A stretch of DNA of 64,000 nt from an uncultured Planctomycetaceae bacterium. GTDB lineage: Bacteria > Planctomycetota > Planctomycetia > Isosphaerales > Isosphaeraceae. The notes beneath the pieces are model-generated. The model had not been told where the DNA came from. It worked only from the letters and a program-made list of their open reading frames with translations, and made no database searches. Numbering within the stretch: position 1 is the stretch's first letter; the number at the start of each line of letters is the position of its first letter. The DNA is taken from positions 960,001-1,024,000 of the forward strand of contig CAWIAD010000002.1 in the NCBI GenBank assembly GCA_963833985.1, written 5' to 3'. Positions 34,872-44,353 of the stretch are shown one piece after another. Made by a program: the position numbers and the translations under genes.

Positions 34872-35240
34872 TCAATCCTCCTGATACGTATGACGGCGAG
34901 GGTTCTCGACAAAGCGCTCCTTGGCTGTGACGGCTCGGTCAATGTCCTTGGGCGGAACTCGTTTCTCTTTCGTGAGGCCGTGGGAAACCACGGCGGCTAT
35001 ATTTTCATGAAAAAAATAAAGCATGCGATAATTCAGGCTCCCGACGCGGACGCGAAGCTCGTAGATGCCGTCCCGCAGGTAATCGGCCTCGGGTCGGCGC
35101 AGTTCATGGCCGAGATCGCGAAGCCGCTCCAACTTGACGCGGCATTTATCGAGCGCCTTTTCCGGTAGCAGCCCGAACCATTCCAGGATGGGGACAGACC
35201 CATCTTCATCCTGGTAAAAGATCACTTGAGTTTGAGGCAT
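34872..35240 (-). CDS. RelE/ParE-superfamily toxin (Gp49/HigB-like)
   Basis: LRRPEADYLRDGIYELRV...YRMLYFF...SHGLTK; GAGG RBS. Confidence 0.88.
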   Translation of the reverse strand: MPQTQVIFYQDEDGSVPILEWFGLLPEKALDKCRVKLERLRDLGHELRRPEADYLRDGIYELRVRVGSLNYRMLYFFHENIAAVVSHGLTKEKRVPPKDIDRAVTAKERFVENPRRHTYQED

Positions 35241-35371
35241 CCTTACCTCCCTCGCCATTGTTCGCAGATTTGCGAACGGCGGTCAAGCCGAAAGTTGTTT
35301 GCACCATCCTTGCGGCCATGCTATAAGCATCGTCCCGGGATGGTCGTTCCACGATTATGTGAATGAGTTTA

Positions 35372-35674
35372 TTAAATCGAATGAACGAGATGGCGGAAGC
35401 GTCTTGGGTTGAAATCCGGCTGGGTTCCGAAGAAGGTTTCATCCAGAACCACCAGTCCGGTGATCTCATCCACATGGAAGTTCTTCCAACCCGGTAGAAC
35501 GCCGGAATTGCTGCCTCCATACGTCTGCCAAGTGTAGAGCACCAGTCTGCGGTGCTGCGCCTCATGATAAAGAGCGTGAGGATTAACCGTGCGGGATTGG
35601 CCATCGTAGGTGAATGACAGGACGCGGCGGTGATCGAGAGCGGCGGTGATGTCGTCTTCCACAGTCAACTCCAT
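35372..35674 (-). CDS. Stand-alone WYL-domain-like protein
   Basis: LSFTYDGQSRTVNPHALY...GWKNFHVDEITGL. Confidence 0.7.
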   Translation of the reverse strand: MELTVEDDITAALDHRRVLSFTYDGQSRTVNPHALYHEAQHRRLVLYTWQTYGGSNSGVLPGWKNFHVDEITGLVVLDETFFGTQPDFNPRRFRHLVHSI

Positions 35675-35943
35675 CGTTGAGAATCACGCTGCGAAGTGCG
35701 GGCCGCAACAGCGCTGGCCCTATGTCCATTATGCCGTCAAAGTCAACCAGAGCCAAGAATGTAACTTTCCCCAGTAAATGTCACCTTTTCTCCCGAGCTA
35801 TTTGTCACCCCCGGAGCGTCGTGTCACTTAACCGGTCGGTCCCACTGAGCGATTCCCCGGGGCAAGCACGAACTCAGCAGGTGGCCACGGTTCTGTTTCG
35901 TTTCTCGTCTGGCCAGGGCACGTGGGCCAGGGGTTTCCGGCGC

Positions 35944-36049
35944 CCCCTCATCCGGCCTTCGGCCCGACCCCGCGCGGGGGGGGGGGAGGATCGAGCCCCC
36001 GTCCTTCTCCCCCCCGGGGAGGAGGTGCCCCGCAGGGGCGGATGAGGGG
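35944..36049. repeat. REP-like palindromic element
   Basis: CCCCTCATCCG...CGGATGAGGGG outer arms with an inner CCTTCTCCC..GGGAGGAGG stem. Confidence 0.7.
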
Positions 36050-36120
36050 CACGACGAGCAAACAAACCACGGCCAGCCGCCGGGACATGGGCCAGGGCGT
36101 GCCGCCGCTTCGATGCGTGT

Positions 36121-36435
36121 TCAGTAAACGTCGCCGCCACTAACCTCGCCCCCGGCGCGGGTCGAGAGGGCTTGCCAGACGCCGGCTGGCGGCAGGTTGA
36201 TCCAATCGCCCTGGCTATCCTGCGACGATCCCGCCGGGTTGCCGGAGATCGGGTCGAACGGCCAGGACTGGATCGAATCTTTGATGAACCGAACCGAGCC
36301 GTCGCCCATCAGCACGTTGAGCCCGCCGGGGTGCATGCTCGACGCGGAATTGGTCCATGCGGTCATGGACGCGCCGGCGACCTTGTCGCAGGCATTGGGC
36401 GGGTAGAGGGACGTGATCAGCGTATCGCCCCAGTT
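36121..36435 (-). pseudogene. 3' fragment of a DUF1559 (H-X9-DG) gene truncated by the IS
   Basis: SSMHPGGLNVLMGDGSVRFIKDSI...VWQALSTRAGGEV; homology ends at the IS terminus. Confidence 0.88.
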
Positions 36436-38175
36436 GGGTGTAAGACACGGTTCGTTTTTCTGAGGTTCTACGCCGCTTTCCCAGTTTCCCTGGCTTTGTA
36501 GTTGCGGAAGGGGCTGCTGGGCCTCTCTTTGAGGTACCGATCCAGGCGTCCGTCCTCCGAGAGGAACGACGCTCGAAGCTGAAGCATCGTCTCGGCACCG
36601 GCGTCGCTCCAGAATTTCTCCGACCCCTTGACCCGCCGGTTGAAGATCTTCACGGTCGACTCCACGTGACTGCTCGTCCACGGCAATCCCCCGCGTCGAT
36701 AAGCAGGGTAGTCCATCCGCTCTCGATTATGCTCCAGGTAGCCGAGTTCTTGGGCGATGATCTTGCGCGGGTCATCGTCGGCCAGCCGTTCGAGCTCGTC
36801 TCCGGATAAGGACGCCTGGGCATCTCGCAGGGTACGGAGTTCCTCGATCACCTGGCCCACGCGTCCCTTCCAGCAGGCCTCTGCCCATGCCTGGAACAAC
36901 TCCCAGCGGCCTTCGGTCTCGACCGCCGCAGCCTTGGCGGCCGCGAACAGGTGACCCAGGGCGTGGAGAAAATCAACGATGGCCAGAAAGGTCGGAAAAT
37001 GCCGTTGCTGCAATTTCCAGATCCAGGCCGAGCCGTCCCCCAGGAACGCCCGATGAGCCGCTTTCATGAGATTGCGTCGCCACGCCTCCGCGGCCACCAT
37101 CGGCCCGAATTGCTCGCTGGAGCAGGTGCTCGCCACGTAAGTCCGCACCACCAGTTCGGGCCTTTCCCTCGGCTCGGACCGATCCCCGGGGGACGGCAGA
37201 GATGCTTCGTCGATGTTCTCCGCCGGGGCCTCCTGTAGGCCCATCGAGCTCGCCCCGCTGATCCCGCCGACAAGCTTCTCGACGTATCCCCGGTCGCGGT
37301 AGCAGGCGGGCAACTCCGGCTCCGGATCGCATTCCGAGACGACATTGGCCATGGTGGCCAGAATCGCGATCTTGTCCTCACGCCAGGACGCATCATGGGC
37401 ACCGGGCCCTTCCCCCTGGCCGCGAATCTGCAGCCGGCCGCCGTCAACCTCGACCACTGCCAGAGCCGGCCGTGTCTCGACTCGCGGCTCGAGCTTATGG
37501 GCTTGAAGTTCGCTCACATGCTGATCTCTCTCGGCCTGCAATTGTTGGCCGACCTCCTGGGCGATGCGGCCGATCTGCCGACTGCCGATGGTCACCTCGG
37601 CCAATTCCGCCATCGCCTCGGCCGCCTCCCGGAAGGAGGGCTCCCGGGCACCGCAACGGACGATCTTGCGCAGCACCGAAGGGCTGTAGTCATGTGGCGT
37701 GAGGCGCAAGGCCGGACGCTGAGGGAAAAAAATCCCGGCGACATGCCGGGCAGTGGCACTTCGGTTCGGCGTAGGTGACCTTGCCTCCCCAGAATTCAAT
37801 GGTTCGATCGTTGCGTTGCACCGGACAGAGCCGCTTGCAGTTGGGGCAAGGCTGCTCGGCCCCCAAGAGGGAGGCTTTCTGCTTCAGGAGTTCCTCGATG
37901 GTTCCCTGGGCCACGGCACAGGCCGCGGTCATGGCCATTTGTTCCATGTCGTCGGCATCGAGGTCTAGGTCAGGCCCAACTTCTTCGTGGACCCGTCGCG
38001 CCACAATTTTCCCCCACCCTTTGGCCATCTGCTCGACTCCGGTGCGATCCATCGATGGTGACTTACGGAAAGGCATAGCAGGTCCCTCCTTGGACTTCCG
38101 GTGACGGACAATTTGGGAAACTTGACTTGACATGCTACCACCGGCCTCGGACGGCGCGAACCGCGTCTTACACCC
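36436..38175 (-). mobile_element. ISKra4-like (IS256-related) insertion sequence, 1740 bp
   Basis: 19-bp TIRs GGGTGTAAGACACGGTTCG (36436-36454) and CGAACCGCGTCTTACACCC (38157-38175), one mismatch; no target duplication seen. Confidence 0.88.
36468..38076 (-). CDS. ISKra4-type DDE transposase, orfA (38076-37690) and orfB joined by a -1 frameshift at T7 (37726-37732)
   Basis: CPNC/CPAC zinc motif; VDGG, GDGSAWIW, DFLHA, RMDY and SSHVES motifs. Confidence 0.88.
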
Positions 38176-38258
38176 CCAGGGAACAGGCGGAAGGCGATCG
38201 CCGTTGCGATTTACTTCATCTATATGTTACCATATGTCATAGTATCATACTATGTGCG

Positions 38259-39989
38259 TTACACGGTGCCCTTGCTGCTGATCAAACTCCTTTTTGTCTT
38301 CTGGGGGATCGAGTCGGCTTGGGCTCTCCGCCGGCCATCGGGTTGGCTGCTCGCCTGTTTCGCCTCCACGCCGAATCCGTCAGGATTAAGTTTCCATGGG
38401 CGCCGGCTTTCCGCGACGGCCCACAGGTTGTCAGTCGCCAGCGGCCTGGCCATGGCGTTTTCCTGCGGGGCGTGCGTCCTGATGACATGGCCCGCGATCT
38501 TCGTGGCTGAGGTTCCTGTACCAGAGGCTGAAGTGGGACGCTCCGAGAACGACGCTGAAGGAGTGACTGGCTGGTCGCTGGCGAGGGCGCCTCGGTCCAG
38601 TACGGTGTGACCCAGCAGGTAGAGCCCCGCGGCCAGCACCATGGCGCCGGGGAGGGTCAGCACCCAGGCCAGGCCGATCCTGCGCACGGTGTTCATCTGG
38701 ATGCCCGCGTTGTTGGCCCACATGGTGCCGGCCACGCCAGAGGAAAGGACGTGGGTCGTACTCACGGGCAAGCCGGCGATGTCGGCCAGGCCGATGGTCG
38801 CCATGGCGACGAGCTCGGCACAGGCCCCCTGCGCGTAGGTCAGGTGGGTCTTGCCGATCTTCTCGGCCACGGTGACCACGATGCGCTTGTAGCCGACCAT
38901 GGTGCCGATGCCCAGGCAGAGGGCCACGGTCACCATCACCCAGGTGGGAACGTACTCGATCGCCTTGCGCAGATCGTCGCGCGCGTCGTCCAGCTCGGGA
39001 TCCCTGGACTGGTTGTGGGATGCGTGCTGCTTGCGCAGCAGGATCTCGAGCTGGAAGATCGTCGAGCGCACCTGGGCACGCTCCTTGAGTGGCACCTCCT
39101 TGAGCGAGCTCTTGCCGTCGAGAGTCTTGATGAGCTGGTCGACATCGCTCCGCGCCCGATCCGGGATCGGGATGTCGCGCGATTGGAGTATGTCTCTGAT
39201 CCGCTCGACAGCCGATCGGGCCGTGCGTGCGCCCTGGGGTTCGTGGAGGTTCAGCGCGTAGCTCGTGGGCATGAGCCCGATGAGCACGAGCATGATCAGG
39301 CCCATGCCCTTCTGGCCGTCGTTGGAGCCGTGTGCCAGGCTGACTCCGCCGCAGGTCGAGATGAGGATGGCGCGGATCCACTTCGGCGGTCGCGCTTCCT
39401 TGTCTTCGGGTGGCGGCTCGTAGAGTTGAGGGTCGTCGATGGTTCGTTTCGCCAGCCAGAGCAGCGCCGCGGCGGAGAGAAAGCCGAGCAGGGGGGAGAT
39501 CAAAAGCGCCAGCCCGACCTCGCCGGCCTTCTCCCACTGAACGCCCCCGAGCACGCCCTGCCCGGTCAGGTATCCATTGGCCATGCCGATCCCCAGGATG
39601 GCGCCGATGAGGGTGTGGGAGCTGGAGACCGGCAGACCGAACCACCAGGTGGACAGGTTCCAGGTGATGCCCGCGGTGAGCAGGCCAAGGACCATGACGA
39701 TCGCGGATTTCGACGTCCCATGGATGAGCAGGTCCACCGGCAGCAGGTGGACGATGCTGAAGGCGATGGCGGTTCCACCCACCATGACCCCCAGGAAGTT
39801 GCAGATTCCCGAGTACACGACGGCAGGTATTGCCCGCAACGTCCGCGTGTAGATCACGGTGGTGACGGCATTGGCCGTGTCGTGGAACCCGTTGACCACC
39901 TCGAACCCGAACGCAATCACCAGAGCCACGACCAGAACAATGGCGCGGTGCGGCTCGAGCTGGCCGATCGCCTCGAAAAGTTCGATCAT
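38259..39989 (-). CDS. pitA: PiT-family inorganic phosphate transporter
   Basis: NGFHDTANAV, LPVSSSH, HGSNDGQKGMG and PVSTTHVLSSG. Confidence 0.92.
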   Translation of the reverse strand: MIELFEAIGQLEPHRAIVLVVALVIAFGFEVVNGFHDTANAVTTVIYTRTLRAIPAVVYSGICNFLGVMVGGTAIAFSIVHLLPVDLLIHGTSKSAIVMVLGLLTAGITWNLSTWWFGLPVSSSHTLIGAILGIGMANGYLTGQGVLGGVQWEKAGEVGLALLISPLLGFLSAAALLWLAKRTIDDPQLYEPPPEDKEARPPKWIRAILISTCGGVSLAHGSNDGQKGMGLIMLVLIGLMPTSYALNLHEPQGARTARSAVERIRDILQSRDIPIPDRARSDVDQLIKTLDGKSSLKEVPLKERAQVRSTIFQLEILLRKQHASHNQSRDPELDDARDDLRKAIEYVPTWVMVTVALCLGIGTMVGYKRIVVTVAEKIGKTHLTYAQGACAELVAMATIGLADIAGLPVSTTHVLSSGVAGTMWANNAGIQMNTVRRIGLAWVLTLPGAMVLAAGLYLLGHTVLDRGALASDQPVTPSASFSERPTSASGTGTSATKIAGHVIRTHAPQENAMARPLATDNLWAVAESRRPWKLNPDGFGVEAKQASSQPDGRRRAQADSIPQKTKRSLISSKGTV

Positions 39990-40089
39990 GTGAATCTTTC
40001 ATGAAGGTGGACGGCGACGCCGGGCGGACCGCCATTCTGCGTCCTCTGGCGCAAGGCGTGCCAAGCATACGGATCCGCCGCGATTCGTT

Positions 40090-40929
40090 TCAACCCTCGA
40101 TCCGGACGCCCGCAGCCTTGAGGGCGTCAAGCTGTTTCTGGCGGACCGCGGCGTCCAGGGGGTTGCCGCCCAGGAAGACCCGCAGGTAGGGTGCGAACCG
40201 CTTGGGTCCGGCCGCATCCTGCGCGGCCATGTCGACCAGGGGCTGCAAGCTCTTCACCCTGTTCCGCTCGATCAGCAGCAGCTTCAGGTCGGTCTGCGTG
40301 CCCAGCGGCTTCAGATCGACGACCCGGTTGTCGCGCAGGTCCAGTTCCGAGAGCCGGTTCACCTTCTCAAGCCCCTGGATGGTCTCGATCTGGTTGCGGG
40401 CCAGAGAGAGGGTCCAGAGCTGCCCCAGCCCCGACAGCGGGACGATATCGTTGACCGCGTTGCCCTCCAGGTAGAGGGCACTCAGATGGGTCAGCCCGGC
40501 CAGAGGCACCAGGTTGTCCACCTGGTTGTTCGAGAGCTCGAGGTACTGTAGCCCTTTGAGTTTTGCCAGGGGGGCGATGTCGCGGATCGCGTTGCTGGAC
40601 ACGTCAAGCAATTGCAGGTTGGTGAGGTCCGCAAGCGGCTTGAGGTCGGCGATCCGGTTCCTGGAGAGCACGAGCTGAGCCAGGTTCTTGCACTTCTCGA
40701 GACCGGTCAGGTCCTTGATCTCCTTGCCGGGGGCTTCCAGGACGTAGACGTTCTGTAGCTTCTCGTCGGTGAGCTCGACCTTGGGCTCGTGCTTGAAGAC
40801 CGCAAGGACGGCGGCCTCGAGGTTCTTGTCGGGGAAAGGAGACGCGGCCGTCGCGGGCCTGGTGAGAGGAAGGAGGGTCAAGGCAGGTGCCAGTACCAGG
40901 AGCGCGGTACGGTGGGTGCGTTGAATCAT
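40090..40929 (-). CDS. Secreted internalin-like leucine-rich-repeat protein
   Basis: Signal peptide; FPDKNLEAAV cap; 22-aa LxxLxLxxNxIxDLxPL repeats. Confidence 0.9.
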   Translation of the reverse strand: MIQRTHRTALLVLAPALTLLPLTRPATAASPFPDKNLEAAVLAVFKHEPKVELTDEKLQNVYVLEAPGKEIKDLTGLEKCKNLAQLVLSRNRIADLKPLADLTNLQLLDVSSNAIRDIAPLAKLKGLQYLELSNNQVDNLVPLAGLTHLSALYLEGNAVNDIVPLSGLGQLWTLSLARNQIETIQGLEKVNRLSELDLRDNRVVDLKPLGTQTDLKLLLIERNRVKSLQPLVDMAAQDAAGPKRFAPYLRVFLGGNPLDAAVRQKQLDALKAAGVRIEG

Positions 40930-41239
40930 TGTAGGTTCCTCCAGCCATCTTGCCAGCAGCGCCGCGGGAGTGAGGATCTCCCGTACGCTGGTGTCTTGGG
41001 GACGGTGGGTCGTGCAGCTCGCGAGCAACTGGGCTGCTGGCGAACACTTTCTGAGGATACGCCGCGCTGGCCTGCAAGAGAAGCGACTGGGCCGCGGAAA
41101 AGCGAGCGCCCGGGTGAGGGTCGGGTTCTTTGCGAAGCGGCGCTCTGCACGTAAGATGAATACACCGCCGAGGGGGGCCGGGCGCCCGGCCTTGCCTTTC
41201 AGGGCTCGGCAGGACCATTTGACCAGGAACCTTCGCGAC

Positions 41240-42118
41240 ATGCCCCAGCCACCCGCGACTCCCGGAGCCCCGGAGCACAGCATCGAGGCCACTTCGGAGA
41301 CGTTCGCCCTGGAGGTGATCGAGCGCTCGTCGAGCGTTCCGGTGGTGGTCGATTTCTGGGCCCCCTGGTGCGGCCCGTGCCGGATGCTCAGCCCGGTCCT
41401 GGAGAAGCTGGCGGCCGACTACGGCGGCAAGTTCCGGCTCGCGAAGGTGAACATCGACGAGCACCCGGACCTGGCCAGCCAGTTCGGCGTCCGGTCCATC
41501 CCCGCGGTCTTCGGCATCCGCGACAGAACGGTGATCGACGCGTTCATGGGGGTTCAGCCCGAATCCGCGATCAGGAGCTGGCTCGACCGTCTCCTGCCCA
41601 CCGAGGCCGAGGCGCTGGCCGAGGACGCAAGCCGCCTGGAAGAGAGCGATCCCTCGTCGGCCGAGGCGAAGTACGGCCAGGCGCTGGAGCTCCAGGCCGA
41701 CTTGCCGCAGGCCGAGATCGGCCTGGCGCGGATTGCCCTGGCAGCCGGCCGGATCGACGAGGCCACGGCACGCATGGCCGCCCTGGAGCGGCGCGGGTTC
41801 CTGGAACCGGAAGCCGAGCGGCTGAAAGCCGCACTGGTCCTACAGGTCCAGACTCAGGACGCAGGCAGCGTCGAGTCCGCACGCGCCAGCGCGGCCGCTC
41901 ATCCCGACGACCTGGCAAACAAGCTGGCGCTGGCGGAATCCCTCTCCGCCGCCCGCCAGTATGCCGAGGCCCTGGCGATTGGCCTGGAGCTGGTGGAACG
42001 CGATCGCAAGGGCACCGGCGAGCAGGCCCGGCAAATGATGATCGCCATCTTCCGGCTCTTGCCGCCGGGCGATACGCTCGTCACCGAGTACCAGCGGCAA
42101 CTCTCGCTCGTGCTTTGA
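41240..42118 (+). CDS. cnoX: Thioredoxin-TPR chaperedoxin (CnoX/YbbN family)
   Basis: VDFWAPWCGPC followed by TPR helices and EYQRQLSLVL. Confidence 0.85.
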   Translation: MPQPPATPGAPEHSIEATSETFALEVIERSSSVPVVVDFWAPWCGPCRMLSPVLEKLAADYGGKFRLAKVNIDEHPDLASQFGVRSIPAVFGIRDRTVIDAFMGVQPESAIRSWLDRLLPTEAEALAEDASRLEESDPSSAEAKYGQALELQADLPQAEIGLARIALAAGRIDEATARMAALERRGFLEPEAERLKAALVLQVQTQDAGSVESARASAAAHPDDLANKLALAESLSAARQYAEALAIGLELVERDRKGTGEQARQMMIAIFRLLPPGDTLVTEYQRQLSLVL

Positions 42119-42229
42119 GATTCAAATCCGCAAGCGTCGTATCGCTCTGACGCAAGTCCCCCCTCGACGTCGCCCCTACAATGCGCTGATGACCGGCATA
42201 CGCTGAGGTGCTTTGCGAGAAGGGTCGCC

Positions 42230-43571
42230 ATGGCTGCCATCATGAATTCACCCGTGATCACTGAACAAGCCGCGCCAGCGCCCGTGGCCAGTCCCGGAAC
42301 CGGCGACTGGCGCCACCGCCTGGCACTGATCACCGAGACGATGCGCGAGATGAGCTTGCAGGACGATCCTCAGTCCATGGTGCAGCGCTATGGCGAACGA
42401 ATGCAGAAGCTGATGTCCAGGGACGCGTGGATGTCATTGAGCCGGCGCGGACTGGAGGCGCCCTGGTATCGCATCACGCGCTCCAGCTTGTGGAAAGAGC
42501 CCATCGATCCGTGGAAGCAGCCGGACCGGCTGCCCCTGCTCCAGGGGGGATTGCTTGGTGAGCTTCTCTATGGGGACGAGCCGCGGATCATCGACGACAT
42601 CCAGCCTCTGCTCAAGCCCGACGACCCCGCGCGAGAGTACCTGGAGGGACATCGGTCGCTCCTGGCGGTGCCCCATTTTGACCGGGGTATCGGTATCAAC
42701 ATGGCAATCACGTTGAGCCAGCAGCCGGCGGCCTACGATCCTGAGCAGTTCCCCGAGCGGTACTGGATGAGCAGCCTCTTCGGCCGGGCGACCCACAACC
42801 TGGTTCTCCGGGAGGAGCTCAAGCACGCCTACGAGATCGTCGAGCGCGAGCTCAACGTGGTTGCCGATATCCAGCGCCTCCCTGCTGCCCAAGAAGCTGC
42901 CGACGATTCCGGGCCTGGACATCGCGGTGCATTACCAGACCTCGCAGTGGGCCGGGGGCGACTATTACGATTTCTTCGAGCTGCCCGGGGGCCGCTGGGG
43001 CATCCTCATCGCGGACGTGAGCGGGCATGGTACGCCGGCCGCCGTCATGATGGCCATCCTGCACAGCCTGGCCCACGGCCACCCCGGCCACCCGGAACCG
43101 CCTTCAGCGCTGCTGGAACACGTCAACGCGCGGCTCTCGGCCAGCTACACCACCGAGAACGAGGTGTTCGTGACGGCCTTCTACGGTATCTACGATCCGG
43201 CCGAGCGCCTTTTCACCTACAGTTGCGCCGGGCACAACCCGCCCCAGCTCAAGCGGTGTTCCCTGGGCCGCGTCGATTCACTGGAGGACGTGGGCGGCCC
43301 GCCGCTTGGGGTTTTCCCTGGCGTCGACTACGCCCTGTCACGGCTCACCCTGAACCCGGGCGACATCCTGGTGCTTTATACCGACGGCGTCACCGAGGCC
43401 ATGAACGCCGACAACAAGCAGTTCGGCCTGGAACAGCTCAACGGGGTGCTGCGACGGTGCAACCTGGGTGCTCAGGAAATGCGCGACGCCATCCTGGGGG
43501 CGGTGGACCGCTTCACCGAGAGCAAGTCGGCCCTCGACGACCGCACGCTGCTCGTGGCCAAGGTCCTGTAA
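42230..43571 (+). CDS. PP2C/SpoIIE (RsbU-like) phosphatase with an N-terminal GAF-like domain; frameshift at ~42877
   Basis: ADIQR|SLLP, GGDYYD, ADVSGHG, YTDGVTEA and DDRT. Confidence 0.9.
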
Positions 43572-43583
43572 GAGGAACGCATC

Positions 43584-44267
43584 ATGCAGCCGTTTCATCC
43601 TGGATCGAGCGTGGTCAAGATCGCCCCATCGATTCTCTCGGCCGATGCGTCCCGGCTGGCCGAGGAGGTCTCGAAAGCCCAGCAGGCCGGCGCCGATCGG
43701 ATCCACGTCGACGTGATGGACGGCCACTTCGTGCCCAACCTGACGTTCGGTCCGGTGATCGTCCGCTGGCTGCGGCCCGTGACGCAACTTCCCCTGGAAG
43801 TTCATCTCATGATCGCCCACCCCGACCAGTTTCTGGAAGCCTTCGCCGAGGCGGGCGCCACGACGCTGATCGTGCACCAGGAAGGCGCGGTCCACCTCAA
43901 CCGGACCGTCCAGCACATCAAGTCCCTGGGCTGCCGCGCGGGAGTGGCCATCAACCCCGCCACGCCCGCGGTCATGTTGCAGGAGATCCTGCCCGACCTG
44001 GACCTGGTGCTGGTGATGACGGTGAACCCGGGGTTCGGCGGCCAGGCGTTCTTGCCCGGTACGCTGCCCAAGATCCGGTCGATCCGTGAGAGGATTGATG
44101 CGCTGGGGACCGCTTGTGAGCTCGAGGTGGACGGCGGCATCGATCACGAAACGGCGCCCCTGGTCGTCGCGGCCGGCGCCCGCGTGCTGGTGGCCGGCTC
44201 GTCGATCTACGGTGCCGAGGATGGTGTGGCTGCGGCGCTGGAGCGGCTGCGGAAGTTCCCGGTCTGA
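43584..44267 (+). CDS. rpe: Ribulose-phosphate 3-epimerase
   Basis: IAPSILSAD, HVDVMDGHFVPN, MTVNPGFGGQ and VDGG. Confidence 0.97.
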   Translation: MQPFHPGSSVVKIAPSILSADASRLAEEVSKAQQAGADRIHVDVMDGHFVPNLTFGPVIVRWLRPVTQLPLEVHLMIAHPDQFLEAFAEAGATTLIVHQEGAVHLNRTVQHIKSLGCRAGVAINPATPAVMLQEILPDLDLVLVMTVNPGFGGQAFLPGTLPKIRSIRERIDALGTACELEVDGGIDHETAPLVVAAGARVLVAGSSIYGAEDGVAAALERLRKFPV

Positions 44268-44353
44268 CCGGCTGCGAGTGCCGGTCAGAACCAGCAACGG
44301 TGGATCTCAGTCCCAGGCCGGTGCTGCTCCGCTTCACTCCAGGCACTTCGCCT

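Noticed and set aside
38210..38262. Pho-box-like repeats (TTCAT/GTTAC/GTCAT) in an AT-rich patch
   Set aside because: Spacing is irregular (11/10) and the patch lies at the 3' end of the phosphate transporter gene rather than upstream.
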